NCBI GenBank assembly: GCA_951406725.2
Contig: OX597814.1
Location: 6,758,001-6,822,000 of the forward strand
Direction of reading: 5' to 3'
Origin: Octopus vulgaris
Taxonomy: Eukaryota
DNA length: 64,000 bases
Shown: positions 26,030 through 40,437 of the stretch, one piece after another
Layout of the letters: the number at the start of each line of letters is the position of its first letter
Numbering within the stretch: the first letter of the stretch is position 1
Position numbers and translations under genes: made by a program
The notes under the pieces: generated by a model
Databases searched by the model: none
Told to the model about the DNA's origin: nothing
Seen by the model: only the letters and a program-made list of their open reading frames with translations

Positions 26030-26425
26030 TCACTCTCTCTCTCCCCCCTCTCTCTCTCTCCCTCACTCACTCCCTCTCTCTCTCTCCCTCACTCCCTCTC
26101 ACTCTCCACCTCTATCTCCCCCTCACTCACTCCCTCTCTCTCTCCACCTCTATCTCCCCCTCACTCACTCCTCTCTCTCTCTCTCCCTCACTCCCTCTCT
26201 CTCTCCCTCATTCCCTCTCTCTCTCCCCCCTCTCTCTCTCTCGCTCACTCCCTCTCTCTCTCTCTCCTCACTCCCTCTCTCTCTCCCTCACTGACTCCCT
26301 CTCTCTCTCCCTCACTCCCTCTCTCTCTCCCCCTCTCTCTCTCCCTCGCTCACTCCCTTTCTCTCTCCCTCACTCTCTCTCTCTCTCTCCCTCACTCCCT
26401 CTCTCTCTCCCCCTCTCTCTCACTA

Positions 26426-26478
<53 letters not shown>
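26030..26478. repeat. CT-rich low-complexity tract followed by (CA)n
   Basis: Direct observation. Confidence 0.95.
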
Positions 26479-26481
<3 letters not shown>

Positions 26482-27002
26482 GTCTATCCTGAATTATCGT
26501 CTGAAATGCTTTACAACGGTGCTTTCTGCAGGAAGATATGTCAGAAGACCATTGTCTGTGTTGCTCTCTCTGTTGTCGGTTCGTTTGCAACTTGCTGTGA
26601 ACGGAAGTTGTTAGCAACATGTCGTGTTAGCAACATGTTGTGTTAGCAACTAGAAATGTTCTTTTGTTTGGTTTACCAAGCCAATCCTGTTGGCCGATGT
26701 CCAAGAATTCTACAAGTAAACCTGACCGTCAATCAAACTTGTTCGTCTTTGTGGAAGTATTTGAGTTGAGATACCCCAGTAGATCCATGTCAAAGTGACC
26801 TGTAGGGGGCTCTGGGACTGAGACCAACTGCAAGCTTTTGGGGTTCTTTTCTATAATGAAAGTCAATGCCAGTATCTTTCAGGTTATAAACAGCAATGCC
26901 ATTCTGTAAGATTCTAACCTATTCAGAGGTATATAGAATATCTTGAAACCATGATAGAGTCAGTTCCTTTAGGAATTATTGAGTCTACTAAAGTTCCTAT
27001 GA

Positions 27003-27470
27003 CATCATCATCATCATCATCATCATCGTTTAAGGTCCGCTTTCCATGCTAGCATGGGTTGGACGATTTGACTGAGGTCTGGCGAACCAGACTCCAATCT
27101 GATCTGGCAGAGTTTCTACAGCTGGATGCCCTTCCTAACGCCAACCACTCCGAGAGTGTAGTGGGTGCTTTTTACATGCCACTGGCACGAGGGCCAGTTT
27201 GGTGGTACTGGCAACGACCACGCCCAAATGGTGCTTTTTATGTGCCACCTGCACAGGAGCCAGTCCAGTGGCACTGGCGATGTCCTCGCTCGGATGTTTC
27301 ACGTGCCACCAGCACAAGTGCTAGTTAGGCGACACGGTAACGATCACACTCGAATGGTGTGTTTAACGTGCCATTGGCATGAAGGTCAGCTTGTTGCTCT
27401 GGCAACGATCTCACTCGTATAGTACACTTAGCGCTCCACTAGCAACGGATGCCAGTCACCAAGTTTGATT
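27003..27470 (-). mobile_element. RTE 3'-end retrocopy (family A) with about four tandem modules
   Basis: Family A motifs. Confidence 0.87.
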
Positions 27471-28077
27471 TCAACTATTATTCCACAAATTAATTGTTCG
27501 ACAATTATATAACAAAGGTTTCTTGCGTATATTGGATCTAAAATCATGTATGTTGATTTCTAAGATTTCTACATCCTTGTCATGTGGTCAGTGAGTGTAT
27601 AGATGTGTTTTAGTTTGGGGGTGTTTTAGTTAAATCTATCACTACTGAGGGAAAAATACCCCAGGAGGGGAGGGTGTTTTCTCTTTAGTGAATATAATAA
27701 ATATAGAACCTCACAATTGTTCTATAATGAGGTGATGAATAGAAATCATCCTTATTATTAATGGAGAAAAACTCTTTTCTAGGCAATCGTTAAAATCTAA
27801 AAGACAACAAACAAGGAACTGCAGTAATACCAACCAGTCTACATGTTTAGAAAATAAAGACAATGCAGAAGGAATTGGATATTGTTATTAACATTGAAGG
27901 GTGAATGTGATAGATATGTTTAACTCTTATCAGACCTCTTCAGTGAGACATACTCTACTCAGGTAAGACTTATTTTAGAGAAACCAGCGGAATTTGGTGA
28001 AACTAAAGTGGCAGCTAATGAGAAGCTGTACGCATTGACCAATAGAAGTTCTAGGTTTTTCTATGGATTTATGCGAG

Positions 28078-28561
28078 AGATGTAGTTGTGATACCTGTGC
28101 CAGTGGCACGTAAAAAGCACCATCCGAACGTGGCTGATGCCAGCGCCACCTTGACTGGCTTCCATGCTGGTGGCATGTAAAAAGCACCATCCGAACGTGG
28201 CTGATGCCAGCGCCGCCTCGACTGGCTTCTGTGCCAGTGGCACATAAAAAGCACCATCGGAATGTGGCTGATGCCAGCGCCACCTTGACTGGCTTCCGTG
28301 CTGGTGGCATGTAAAAAGCACCGACCAATCATGGCCGTTGCCAGCCCCGCCTGGCACTTGTGCCGGTGGCACATAAAAAGCACGTAAAAAGCACCCACTA
28401 CACTCACAGAGTGGTTGGCGTTAGGAAGGGCATCCAGCTGTAGAAACTCTGCCAGATCAGATTGGAGCCTGGTGCAGCCTCCTGGCTTCTCAGACCCTGG
28501 TCGAACTGTCCAACCCATGCTAGCAGAGAAAACGGACGTTAAACGACGATGATGATGATGA
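28078..28561 (+). mobile_element. RTE 3'-end retrocopy (family A) with five tandem modules
   Basis: Repeated gtgcc.gtggca.gtaaaaagcacc units, then the (GAT)n tail. Confidence 0.88.
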
Positions 28562-28796
28562 AATAACAGAGATTTCTTTAATTTTGTTTTTAATCATCTT
28601 TCTGTTTCTCATTCCTGTTATAAGAGAGTGGAGCAAGGTGTGCAGAGACTTTGTTTTCTATGTTAAATATTTCCTAGTGTTGCCAAGAATCAGCCCCCAA
28701 ACATTCATCAAAGCAGATATTTCCCTTTCTGCCCACTTTGATACAAGTTTCAGGGCCATAATTAACCATGCAGGGCAGATAATAGGAACAACAATA

Positions 28797-29219
28797 TACT
28801 CTTTTTACGCTTTTACTCTTTTACTTGTTTCAGTCATTTGACTGCGGCCATGCTGGAGCACCGCCTTTAGTCGAGCAAATCGACGCCGGGACTTATTCTT
28901 TGTAAGCCTAGTACTCATTCTATCGGTCTCTTTTGCCGACCGCTAAGTGACGGGGACGTAACCATACCAGCATCGGTTGTCAAGCAATGCTAGGGGGACA
29001 AACACAGACACACAAACATATACACACACACTTATATATATATACATATATACGACGAGCTTCTTTCAGTTTCCGTCTACCAAATCCACTCACAAGGCAT
29101 TGGTCGGCCCGGGGCTATAGTAGAAGATACTTGCCCAAGATGCCACGCAGTGGGACTGAACCCGGAACCATGTGGTTGGTTAGCAAGCTACTTACCACAC
29201 AGCCACTCCTGCGCCTATA
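28797..29219 (-). mobile_element. SINE family C
   Basis: Full-length copy. Confidence 0.9.
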
Positions 29220-30519
29220 TGGGAGTGTTTAATTAGTGAGTTAATTAATTTTACTTCATTTTCCTTTTATTTTGTGTTTTACTTTGATGACTGACGGTTT
29301 TTATGATTTCATTAGTCATAATATTCGGTCACAAGCAGCGACAAAGATCAAAGAGGGTCGATTAACAGGTAGAGAATAATTAATAATATATAAAAATAGG
29401 AATATGACTATAAGTAGGGGATAATGGATGTGTGTGTGTGTGTGTGTGTGTGCGTGCATAAGACATATGCGAAGAGAGAGTTTGATATTTACTCACTGAT
29501 TCTGGTTACAGTAGAAATTTGCTGCACCAATATTGGAACGAAGAAGACAGAGCATCCATCCAGCTGTTCTAAGAACTCAACTGCTTATATGCATTCAGCT
29601 GCTATTTCTAGCAGGTCGAGCGACCACATAGAACTTGCCTTGCTAGCTTCATGAGTTACTTAGTGATGTCATCTGGGTTCACATCTTGCCATTGACTTTG
29701 CTTTAGAGAAATATTAAATTATTGACGACTTGGTCATTGGATAGTTTTTGGTCCAACATTTCAATCAATAAAGCAGGTATTTAAAGGGAAAAAATTTGAC
29801 AAGTCAGTCAGTCGCCTGCTGTGACACTCGTTGACGCTACATCGAAGAGGCCAGGGAACAGAAGAAAGAAGACATGCACCCAATACCAGAGCTGAAGACA
29901 CCTCCGAAAGGGGGGGGGGGCTGCCATGTCAAAACGGTAGAGGAGTAGGGGCCGAAACCAGATGTGGTTCCTCCTGATGATGTCTTGAGCTAACTGTATC
30001 CTATAAAGGAGCTGTTGTGGTAGCAGACCACGAAACATGGTTGTAATTCCTCCTCTTCAACGTTCCCCTTCGTTTGGCTCCTTGTCTCAATTTCTGAGAA
30101 TGTTGGTTTTAAGTAATGAAAGCCCACCACTGGCCACAGAATATTTCAACTTCTGCAACTTCAGCATTAATATCTCTTCACTGTGGTGTCATTCATTTTG
30201 ATTTAGACGAGTCAGTCACCTTTGCCGTTTTTTTGTAATACGAAGTGGCTTTTTGCCAGAAAATTTCCTTTTTTTCTTTCATTCTGTTGTATTGTTTTCT
30301 GAGAAATCAATGAGTTTTGTTGAAATACTACCACAAACAACAGACTAGCACTGTTAACAATGGAAATACATTGACTAGATTTTTGCTAAAATCTATAGAA
30401 CCGCAGTAATGTAGTTGTATGTCCATGTTCAGTATGGCTAATTGAGAAACCTGGCAAAGAAATATTACCAAAACCCAGTTGTAATATATTTTGTTCTCAT
30501 ACTGTGTCACTCTGAGAAT

Positions 30520-30800
30520 GGTGGAGGCACATGGCCTAGTGGTTAGAGCAGCGGACTCGCGGTCGAGGGATCGTGAGATCGAATCTCAGACCCAGCGATG
30601 TGTGTGTTTATGAGCGAAACACCTAAGCTCCACGAAACTTCTGCTGACTCTTTCACCACAATTTTCTCTCACTCTTTCCTCCTGCATCTTGCAGCTCACC
30701 TGTGACAGACCGGCATCCCGTACAGGTGGGGAACCTATATGCCAATGAAACTGGAAAACTGGCCCTTATGAGTCAGGCATGGCTCGAGAAGGAACAAACA
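30520..30800 (+). mobile_element. tRNA(Arg)-derived SINE, family B, tail type c
   Basis: Same head as family B with a different 3' half (gaccggcatcccgtacagg...ggctcgagaaggaacaaac); TSD actctgagaat at 30509-30519 and 30801-30811. Confidence 0.88.
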
Positions 30801-30904
30801 ACTCTGAGAATCCTAAAACCTTCTTTCATTATTAGTCTATTTCTTTTGAAGGGCTCTCACCCATATAATCATTGAGAAGACAAATTAGAATTAAGACTAA
30901 GTAT

Positions 30905-31272
30905 ATCAACATCAAAAATCAATGGAAATTGTAGTTGTGATCCCTGTGCCGGTGGCACGTAAAAAGCACCATCCGAACATGGCCGATGCCAGTGCCACCT
31001 TGACTGGATTCTGTGCCGGTGGCATGTAAAAAGCACCACCCGATTGCGGCTGCTTCCAGCCTCCCCTGGCACCTGTGCCAGTGGCATGTATAAAGCACCC
31101 ACTACACTCACGGAGTGGTTGGCATTAGGAAGGGCATCCAGCTGAAGAAACACTGCCAGATCAGACTGGAGCCTGGTGCAGCCTCCTGGCTTCCCAGACT
31201 CTGGTTGAACTGTCCAACCCATGCTAGCATGGAAAGCGGACGTTAAAGGATGATGATGATGATGGTGATGAT
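30905..31272 (+). mobile_element. RTE 3'-end retrocopy (family A)
   Basis: Three modules plus tail. Confidence 0.87.
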
Positions 31273-31805
31273 GGCTAAATGACTGGAAATGATACGACAG
31301 GGAAGACATTGATGAAACCAGCCTCCTCTGCTTGTAATAAACAACCTTTCTTGTCCTTGCATGGAATCTGCCTCTCCATAAGAAAGGAAGAGTATACGAG
31401 ATCTTGGGAAAATGTGTGATGCCACAGAGTGAAGAAAGATGTCAGAGATGTGAAACAAGGAGAGAGAAGCTGTGCACTCAACCATATGGCAAACTTTGCT
31501 TTCACTCCACCTTTTTCCTTCCTTCATTTCTCTCTCTACTCATCCTCTGATTAGCACCTCCATTCACCTGCCACCACCACCACCACCACCACCACCACCA
31601 CCATCAGCATCACTATTCCATTTCCTTTTACTCTCCTTCGTTTGCCATCTTCTTCTCATCCAGCTGATAACACCTTCTCTCCCGTTGTTGTCTCAACACT
31701 CAGACAAATGGCGGTAAAATATGAGAATCTTTTAATCTCTTTAGAAGGAATCCACTCACTGAACTCTTTGGCAAATTCTACTTTGGATTAAGTTTTGACA
31801 ATATG

Positions 31806-32205
31806 GACCACTTCCACCACCACCACCACCGCCGCCTCCGACGCCACCTCCACCTCCACCACCGCCGCCACCACAATCGCCACCACCACCACCACCACCA
31901 CCACCTCCACCACCACCACCGTCGCTGCCACCACCACCACCACAACCACCACCACCACCTCCACCACCACCACAACCATCACCACCACCACCACCACTGC
32001 CGCCACCGCTACCACAACCACCACTACCACCACCACCACCACCGTCGCCACCTCCACCTCCGCCGCCACCACAATCGCCACCACCACCACCACCACCACC
32101 ACCACCACCACCACCACCACCACCACCACCACCACCACCACTGCCGCCACCGCTACCACCACCACCACTACCACCACCACCGCCACCATCGCCGCCACCA
32201 CCCCT
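31806..32205. repeat. (ACC)n imperfect microsatellite
   Basis: Explains the poly-T/H/V/W ORFs. Confidence 0.95.
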
Positions 32206-32365
32206 ACTACCAATTTCTTTGGATAATGAATGTTAACTCAGATCAAATGCTGCTTACATACATATTTTCAGAGGACAATGTTCAGGGACTGTGATGGTTT
32301 GTATGTTCCACCTTCCCCCCACCCACACATAATATATATGTAATAGAGATACACACACACACACA

Positions 32366-32422
<57 letters not shown>

Positions 32423-32440
32423 GCACACACACATGTGTAT

Positions 32441-32669
32441 GTCTTTATTGCCCACAGGGGGCTAAACACAGAGGGGACAAACAAGGACAGAGAAAGGGCT
32501 TAAGTCGATTACATTGACCCCAATGCGTAACTGGTACTTAATTTATTGACCCCGAAAGGATGAAAGGCAAAGTCAACCTCGGCGGAATTTGAACTCAGAA
32601 CGTAATGGCAGCCGAAATACCACTAAGCATTTCACCTGACGTGCTAACGATTCTGCCAGCTCGCTGCCC
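32441..32669 (-). mobile_element. SINE family D (tRNA-like head, Meta/Sauria-like body)
   Basis: Minus strand ggcagcgagctggcagaatcgttagc...gagttcaaattccgccgaggttgactttgcctttcatcctttcggggtc. Confidence 0.85.
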
Positions 32670-32814
32670 TACACACACATATATATATCATCATCATCAT
32701 CCTCATCATCATTTAACATCCGTTGTCCATGCTGGTATGGGTTGGACAGTTTGATCAGAACTAGCAATATATATATCATCATCATATATGTGTGTGTGTG
32801 TGTGATATGTCCAT

Positions 32815-33035
32815 GTGGCCAGCCATGCCAGTAGCGTGTAAAATGCACCCACTACATTCTCGGAGTGGTTGGCATTAGGAAGGGCATCCAGCTGTAGAAA
32901 CATTGCCAGATCAGGTTGGAGCCTTGTACAGCCATCTGACTTGCCAGCCCTCAGTCAAACCGTCCAACCCATGCCAGCATGGAAAGCGGACGTTAAACGA
33001 TGTTGATGATGAGGATGATGATGATGATAATGATA
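32815..33035 (+). mobile_element. RTE 3'-end retrocopy (family A)
   Basis: Family A motifs; a short opposite-strand fragment lies at 32688-32760. Confidence 0.83.
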
Positions 33036-34259
33036 ACTAGATATGATGACATATATCTTTCAATTTCAGTTTGTCAGGTCCACTCACTAGGGTTTGGTGG
33101 GCCTGGAGCTATAGTAGAAGACACCTATTGAAGGTGCCATGCAGTGGCACGGTGCCTCAAACCATGTGTGTATATATATATATTATATACACACAAACAT
33201 ACACACACACACACCCTCATACAAACACATACACACACACACACCCTCATACAAACATACACACAAATACACACACACACACCCTCATACAAACACACAC
33301 ACACACCCTCATACACACACACACACACACCCTCATACAAACACATACACACACACACACACATATATGTGAGAGAAATATGAAAGCATTTCGTAAAGAA
33401 TTTTCCCCAATTTCAGTTCCTTTCATCCAATTAGATTTTTTAAAGACATTCCATGAATTTAACTTTTAGCAATGAGTCAGTGAAATACGAGAAGATGTGA
33501 TTGTGTCCTGCAATACCACAGAGATACCAATAGGAAATAACCTTTCACAGTCATGTCAAAAGAAGAAGCCATCAATGCCAGATTTTTACGTTCGATAGTC
33601 TGTGACTGGCATGTCATCTCATAATTTCAATTGTCTCACAAGAATCTTCTGTAGAGTTATAATAATATTGTGGCATTGATTCCACAAAGACCACGGAAAA
33701 AAAAAAAGTTAGTGCCACAACAATTTTATTAAAGGTTGTTCACATTAATATTGCAATGGAGATACATGAGGCTAAAATATGAAAAAAATACTTTTTTCAC
33801 TTATTTTTCTTTTTTCTCATTAGCAATGATTGGATGGAGAATAAATTTGGAAATTTGTCTGGAAGTTATAGAACATGTACTCTTGTATGGTTACCATTAG
33901 CGAAACATGTTTATTTGTGAAAGTTATAGAATATTATTCGATTGATGCTACAATGGTGTTCTTACACTGGTGGCACTAATCAACTAATTATTATTTACCT
34001 GTAAATCAAGTGGAATCCATTTTTCTTCACATTTTTTTATTCAGTAAAAAACTAACTTGTTTGGATTTTACTGTCAGTTATAGTTCTGTTCTATTAGCAA
34101 TTTTATCCATTGGAAGAATAAAATGCAAATGGCAGCTTTTCTAAGAGATGCCAGTAGTTTAGAAGAATGCAAAATTAATATTCAACACAAGTTTACTTGA
34201 GACATATATACACACATATAGACAAATACACCTCACCACACGCATATAAATGTGTGTGT

Positions 34260-34530
34260 ATCATCATCATCATTTAACGTCCGCTTTCCATGCTAGCATG
34301 GGTTGGACGAATGACTGAGGGCTGGCAAACCAGATGGCTGCACCAGACTCCAATCTTGATCTGGCAGAGTTTCTACAGCTGGATACCCTTCCTAATGCCA
34401 ACCATTCCAAGAGTGTAGTGGATGCTTTTACGTGCCACTGGCACGGGGCCAGTCAGGCAGTACTAGCAATGACCACACTCGAATCTTTTACACATGCCAC
34501 CAGCACAGGTGCCAGTAAGGCGATGCTGGT
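34260..34530 (-). mobile_element. RTE 3'-end retrocopy (family A)
   Basis: Family A motifs. Confidence 0.85.
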
Positions 34531-34992
34531 GTGCTTGTGCATTGTCCTAAAAGCCGTTTGTATATGAAGATTGCTTCATGTAGATTTTGGTGTACGGGTT
34601 AAGGGTGAATGGCAAAAGGCATCAAAACAAGTTATGGTTGACAGAGAAAGAGATAATCATTGACCAAGAGAATTTCATGTTTCCAAAAAACATTTGTGGT
34701 TCTTACTATGTGTCATGGGCTGGCTGAGTATACCTATGATGAATGCCTTCTAGCAGGGACCAACCATTTTTGGGTAAACATAATGTTGGCTATTGCAAAT
34801 TATTGTAATTGCTTTTGAAAGTATATTTGATGCAAGTATGCCAAAGTCCTTAGAAATCTGCTTGTTATTTTCATATTAACAAAAGTTCTTTTCATTTCCT
34901 TGTGACCATATTCATACATTTCAAGAAACACGCCATCTTGATATATTTCCTCAGAGTACCAAGGAGTTTGAATCAAACTGTTTTGATCCATA

Positions 34993-35048
<56 letters not shown>

Positions 35049-35081
35049 AATATTTAAAAGCTTTTATTTGATACGGTTACA

Positions 35082-35360
35082 ATGGGTGCTGGTTCCATAA
35101 AAAAGCACTCATGCTGGTGCCGCATAAGAAGCACAAGGGCTGATGCTATCTCATAAAGCACTTGTGCTGGTGCCACATAAAAGGTACCCAGTACACTCTG
35201 TCAAGGGGTTGGCTTTAGGTAGGGCATCCAGCCACAAAAACCGTGCTAAAACAGACAAATGGGGTCTAGTGTGACTTACTAGCTTATCAGCTTCTGTCAA
35301 ATTATCCAACGCTTGCCAGCATGAAAAATGAATGTTAAATGATGATGACGATGGTGATGA
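35082..35360 (+). mobile_element. Degraded RTE 3'-end retrocopy (family A)
   Basis: Three decayed tgctggtgcc.cataaaa modules and agggcatccagcc...gttaaatgatgatga. Confidence 0.7.
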
Positions 35361-35797
35361 AGAGGAGGAGAATGTCAACAGCCTTTGTGGAAGAAGCTGG
35401 TGTACAATGTGTATTTTGTGGGTAAGCACTTTTCTTATTCAATTTTTCAAACACCTGTTTCAAACACCTGTAATGTGTGTACACACACGCACACATATTC
35501 CTATTGATATCTTCATGAGCAAATATCTCAATAAATAAATATGTAGTGTACATGTGGATGTATAGAATACATTTGGATGTGCAGCGCACATGCATATACT
35601 ATGCATATAAAGGTACAGTAGTATTATATGTGTATTGTATAAAAGGGAATATCCATAGTGTACATGTGTAACATAAATATAGTGGTTCCATTGTGTGTGT
35701 GTGTGTATATATATATATAAATATAGGTATATATATCTATATCTATATATATATATATAAACAATTGCCTAAGAATCTATTAGTCAAAAGATTTACC

Positions 35798-35845
<48 letters not shown>

Positions 35846-37010
35846 ACACACACACACAGTAAGAATGTAGCTGTATAATTTGCATGTATTTCCTCATCCT
35901 TTAATTCAATCTTGAAAAGCAGACAATCCCTATATTTACACAGTAATTTGCAAGCCTCCCACTTAAGATTATTGATGCTTTATTATACAAAATCATGTTT
36001 GCTTTTGTCTTTGAGCTTTTTGTTTATATTTCCCATGTTTGTATTTCTCGTGTTCCTGCGAAGGAAAATGCTGTAATTATCCCAATAGCATTTGTAAATA
36101 TTTGTCAGTGATATTTCCTATAGAACCATAAACTCTTTTATATTTTCTGTATTGAACTGAAGCACATTTTATTTCGAGTAGTTTACGTTTGTAACTAACA
36201 TCTACAACGTTATGCTTTATCATTGCATCTAACCTTTTGTATTTCTTTTCAAAGTTTATGAATAAAAATCAACAGAGAAGCAACGAGAAATAATTCCTAA
36301 CTTGTTTATTTTTCTTTACACTTGTTTATCGTTTAAAATACAAATGTGAGCTGCAAATATTTCTCGTATTTATGAACATAATAACAAATCCATAATTTCC
36401 AAAGTAACAATAATACAGCTTTCTTCTGTTTGTTATTGAAAATATCTCATGTTATTAAAAATTTCACCTCTTCAAGAAAATCAGTTCAAAATTGTCGAAG
36501 TTTGGGTAATACTATTGATAAATTTTGATTGTTTTTGTTGATATTTTAATCCGATTAGTCTTCGTCTAATCCTAAGAACCTTTAGCAAACATTTCAGTAC
36601 TTCTGAAATACGGATTATTCTACATAAAACAGAATTTCTTCAATAAGATTGGGGCATGTTATAGAAGGGATTAAACAGTATTGTCTTTCTTAAGAATCTG
36701 TGATAAAACTATTAAATTGCATTGTGGAATTATAAGTTAGATGTTATTTGGAACAGCTTGATTTTATCTTCAGAGGCAAAATAAAGTTGGCTGAAAATCT
36801 GATTTTCAGGTAAAAGAAGGTAAAACAATATATTTTAATACAATACATTCAAATACACAATTTTCAGTGGAATTATGGCTCTGTTTATTTTAGCAGTGAA
36901 TTGGTTTTATAACATTGAAGTAATGTTGGGACATCTTGGGACTTTGCCTTTAAAAAACCTAGAGAAGAGAAATAGAGAACATGTAACAGAGCATCAGCAT
37001 CAACAACAGT

Positions 37011-37885
37011 GGAGATGCAATGGCCCAGTGGTTAGGGCAGCGGACTTGCGGTCGGAGTATTGCGGTTTCGATTCCCAGACCAGGCGTTGTGTGTGTTTAT
37101 TGAGTAAAAGCACCTAAAAAGCTCCACGAGGCTCTGGCAGGGGGTCGTGGTGACACCTGTTGTTCTCTTTCACTCCAACTTTCTCTCCAACTTTCTTGTC
37201 CCCGACTTCCTACGCAAGCCTGGATGTGCATTCATCCATCCGTCGATGCTCTTGGTGTCGGGGGTTGACCTGCTTTCTCTTCTGCGGGTCTTACAAATAG
37301 CAAAGGACCACGTTTCGGACTTCTCCCACTACAGACAATCCTGAAGCATGATCTTGCGAGCTCTGGGACGAAGACCACTTTGCTCAACATCAACATCGCT
37401 CAACATCAACATCGCTCAACATCAACATCGCTCAACATCAACATCGCTCAACATCAACATCGCTCAACATCAACATCGCTCAACATCAACATCGCTCAAC
37501 ATCAACATCGCTCAACATCAACATCGCTCAACATCAACATCGCTCAACATCAACATCGCTCAACATCAACATCGCTCAACATCAACATCGCTCAACATCA
37601 ACATCGCTCAACATCAACATCGCTCAACATCAACATCGCTCAACATCAACATCGCTCAACATCAACATCGCTCAACATCAACATCGCTCAACATCAACAT
37701 CGCTCAACATCAACATCGCTCAACATCAACATCGCTCAACATCAACATCGCTCAACATCAACATCGCTCAACATCAACATCGCCAACATCAACATCGCTC
37801 AACATCAACATCGCTCAACATCAACATCGCTCAACATCAACATCGCTCAACATCAACATCGCTCAACATCAACATCGCTCAACAT
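37011..37885 (+). mobile_element. tRNA(Arg)-derived SINE, family B, tail type d, with expanded 3' minisatellite
   Basis: Family B head; 19-bp TSD catcagcatcaacaacagt at 36992-37010 and 37886-37904. Confidence 0.88.
37382..37885. repeat. 16-bp minisatellite (GCTCAACATCAACATC) x ~31
   Basis: Near-perfect array with one variant near 37783. Confidence 0.97.
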
Positions 37886-40348
37886 CATCAGCATCAACAA
37901 CAGTTGTTTGTCCACGTGTCTCTTGTTTCAGCAATACCATAACTCATACAACCCGTTGAAGTTTTGAGGGTAACCAGAAAACTTGTCCCATTCTCAGTCC
38001 TACTTGCAAGACTTAGGCCCCTTTTCACTGAATGGGGCTGCAGTTGAGAGGGAAACAGCTTTATGGGAGGAGACGAGGGGTTAAAGTATAACAGAAGGGG
38101 TTTCTTGGCATAGCGGAGATGCATGACTGACCCCATTACAGGAGAGATGGGAGTAACTGGGGTGGAGTTGGAAAGAGAGATAAAAATGGTGGTGGTGGTG
38201 GTGGTGGTGGTGAGGTGACAGAGTGGAGCATCAAGGTATGAGGTGAGTGGAGAAGTGAGAAGTGTGGGAGGGTAGAGGTTGTAAAAGGGCAGGAGAAGAG
38301 TGAGTGAGGGTTAAAGATGGGTGATGGGGAAATATAATGAAGAACAAGTTTTGAGAGATGATAAGTAGAGAAGAGTAGGGGACAACTGTAGAAATTGGGT
38401 AGGGTTAAGGGAGTGACCAGTGATACTTATGAGTTAGGAAGGTATGAGAGAGATGACCATCAGTGCAGAAAGAGGGTGGGATGAAGAGCTGAAAAATCTT
38501 AATATAATTCTGCATGTCAGCATTAATTAGTCCATCAGTAATGCTTTCATGTGATTAGAAAGAGGGAGAAAGGAAAGAGAGAAAGAGAGAGAGAGAAAGA
38601 AAAATGGAGAGAATTGTCCATGACATGAAGTAGGGAGAATGTAAAATTTATTACGTGGTTAAAAAGGTTAATTGAAGATAAAGGAGGAGAATTAAAAATA
38701 TAATTTTAGCAGAGAGGTGATGTTCTGATGGTGAGGTTAAAGGAAGGCACAGAGAGAGGGGTAGTGAGGGAGAGAAGGAGGAGAGAGAGAGGGAGAGAGA
38801 AATGGTGGGGGTGATGGTGGTGATTGGATCGTGAAAAGTGTATTTTTTAAAAACTGAACTAATTTTTTTATATCACCTGTCACATAATGCCTGCATACAA
38901 ATGCAATTCTGTGAAATATTCACGCTTTTTTATGTGGCAGATGTATGCAATTTAACTAAAGGTTGCATCATGTGTATGGGACAATTTTTTTGTTTATGAG
39001 AAAAATGGAAAAATTAGGGTGAATATTTATTTTATGGGTGCATTGTATTAAGTCTATAAAATTGTGCATAAAGTATACAAAGTGTATATATAAAGTGCAT
39101 TAAGTAATCATTGTATAATAATTTCTATCAGTTTTCAATGAGTAGCAGATGCACGACTGTCTTGCAATACAGACACAATACAGGCTACACTTTCAGGTTT
39201 TTTGGATAAAGTTTTCAGAAATAACCCATTAGGTTTACCATTAATTCCATGAAATATTCACTGGTCCAGCTAATAGTAATAATGATACAATGGAGACAGA
39301 AAGGATGAGAGAAAATGAGAGAAAGAAAAAGAGAAATGATATGTGATTGGGTAGGTTGTAAGAGAGTGGAACAGATGTAGGGAGAAGGGAGAGCTGTATG
39401 GTGGTAAAGGAGAGATAATTTAGTGGCTCAAGAGGGTGATCAATGTAAAATATGGGCAGAGAGGAGGGAAATGAAGTGAAATGGTTATGGGTAGTCTGAA
39501 AAAAGTGGTATCAAAGAAATATACGTCAAGTTTGCAGTTCTATTTACATTTAAATACAGCAGCAGAATGCTGCAGTTAAAGATACGAATAGTTGGGGGTA
39601 TGACTTGAGGAAGAAATTAGGTGAAGGGTCCAGTTGTGTATACACATTGTATCCATCTCATCTTTATTAAACATTCTCCTTCCCTGCAGGCATAGATTGG
39701 ATGGTTTGATAGGAGACAACTTGTCAGAGGGTTGCACTGAGCAGTAATATCTGCTTTAACAGGGTTTCTATAACTGGATGCCCTTGCTGATGCTCACCAT
39801 TTTACAGAGTGTACTGGTGACATTAGGGTCACCAAGTAACTTGTAAGACAAGACCCCCTCAACTGAGGGTGAGGAAGATGGTTTTGTGCCAGGCAATGAG
39901 AGATCAGAGTGTGAGTAGAGGGACAGAAATAGGTGTCTTGCAGCAGAGGACATGCATGGCTACTCCACTTGAAAAAGAAGAGAGAGAAAAGATGGTGAAT
40001 ATGTGACAAGTGAAGTGGTACAGAAGGTTGGACAGGGTGAGTGGGTGGGTAAGTTTATGATGCTGTGAAACAGGAGCAGGAGATGTAAGAGAGGGTGATG
40101 CAGAGAGGGAACACGAGTGGGAGGAGAGGGTGTCAGGATGATATGGTGTGGAGGAGAGGTTTTTCAGGAAGAGTGTGTGCCTTTAAGGCCTTGATTTTAC
40201 TTGGATGGACAGTAAATTGTCAATCATCTCAGTCCTTCTGTAAGGGGTCTGTAAGGGGTCTGACCCCGGAAGGTCATTCTTCACCACTTCGTCCTATGTC
40301 TTCCTCAGTCTTCTTACATTTAGTGATTGCCACTTCTGTATGTAGCTA

Positions 40349-40349
<1 letters not shown>

Positions 40350-40437
<88 letters not shown>

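Noticed and set aside
30745-30792. Hammerhead-like cttatgagtca...tggctcgagaa in SINE tail c
   Set aside because: The core has T for G5, and GAAA does not follow stem II.
31778-32294. Mucin-like poly-Thr or poly-His ORFs
   Set aside because: (ACC)n microsatellite with no splice or domain context.
36470-36625. Short open frame on the minus strand after a possible acceptor (IIRISEVLK...)
   Set aside because: No recognisable domain; needs RNA-seq to support.
37348-37967. About 200 aa repetitive ORFs
   Set aside because: Translation of the 16-bp minisatellite.
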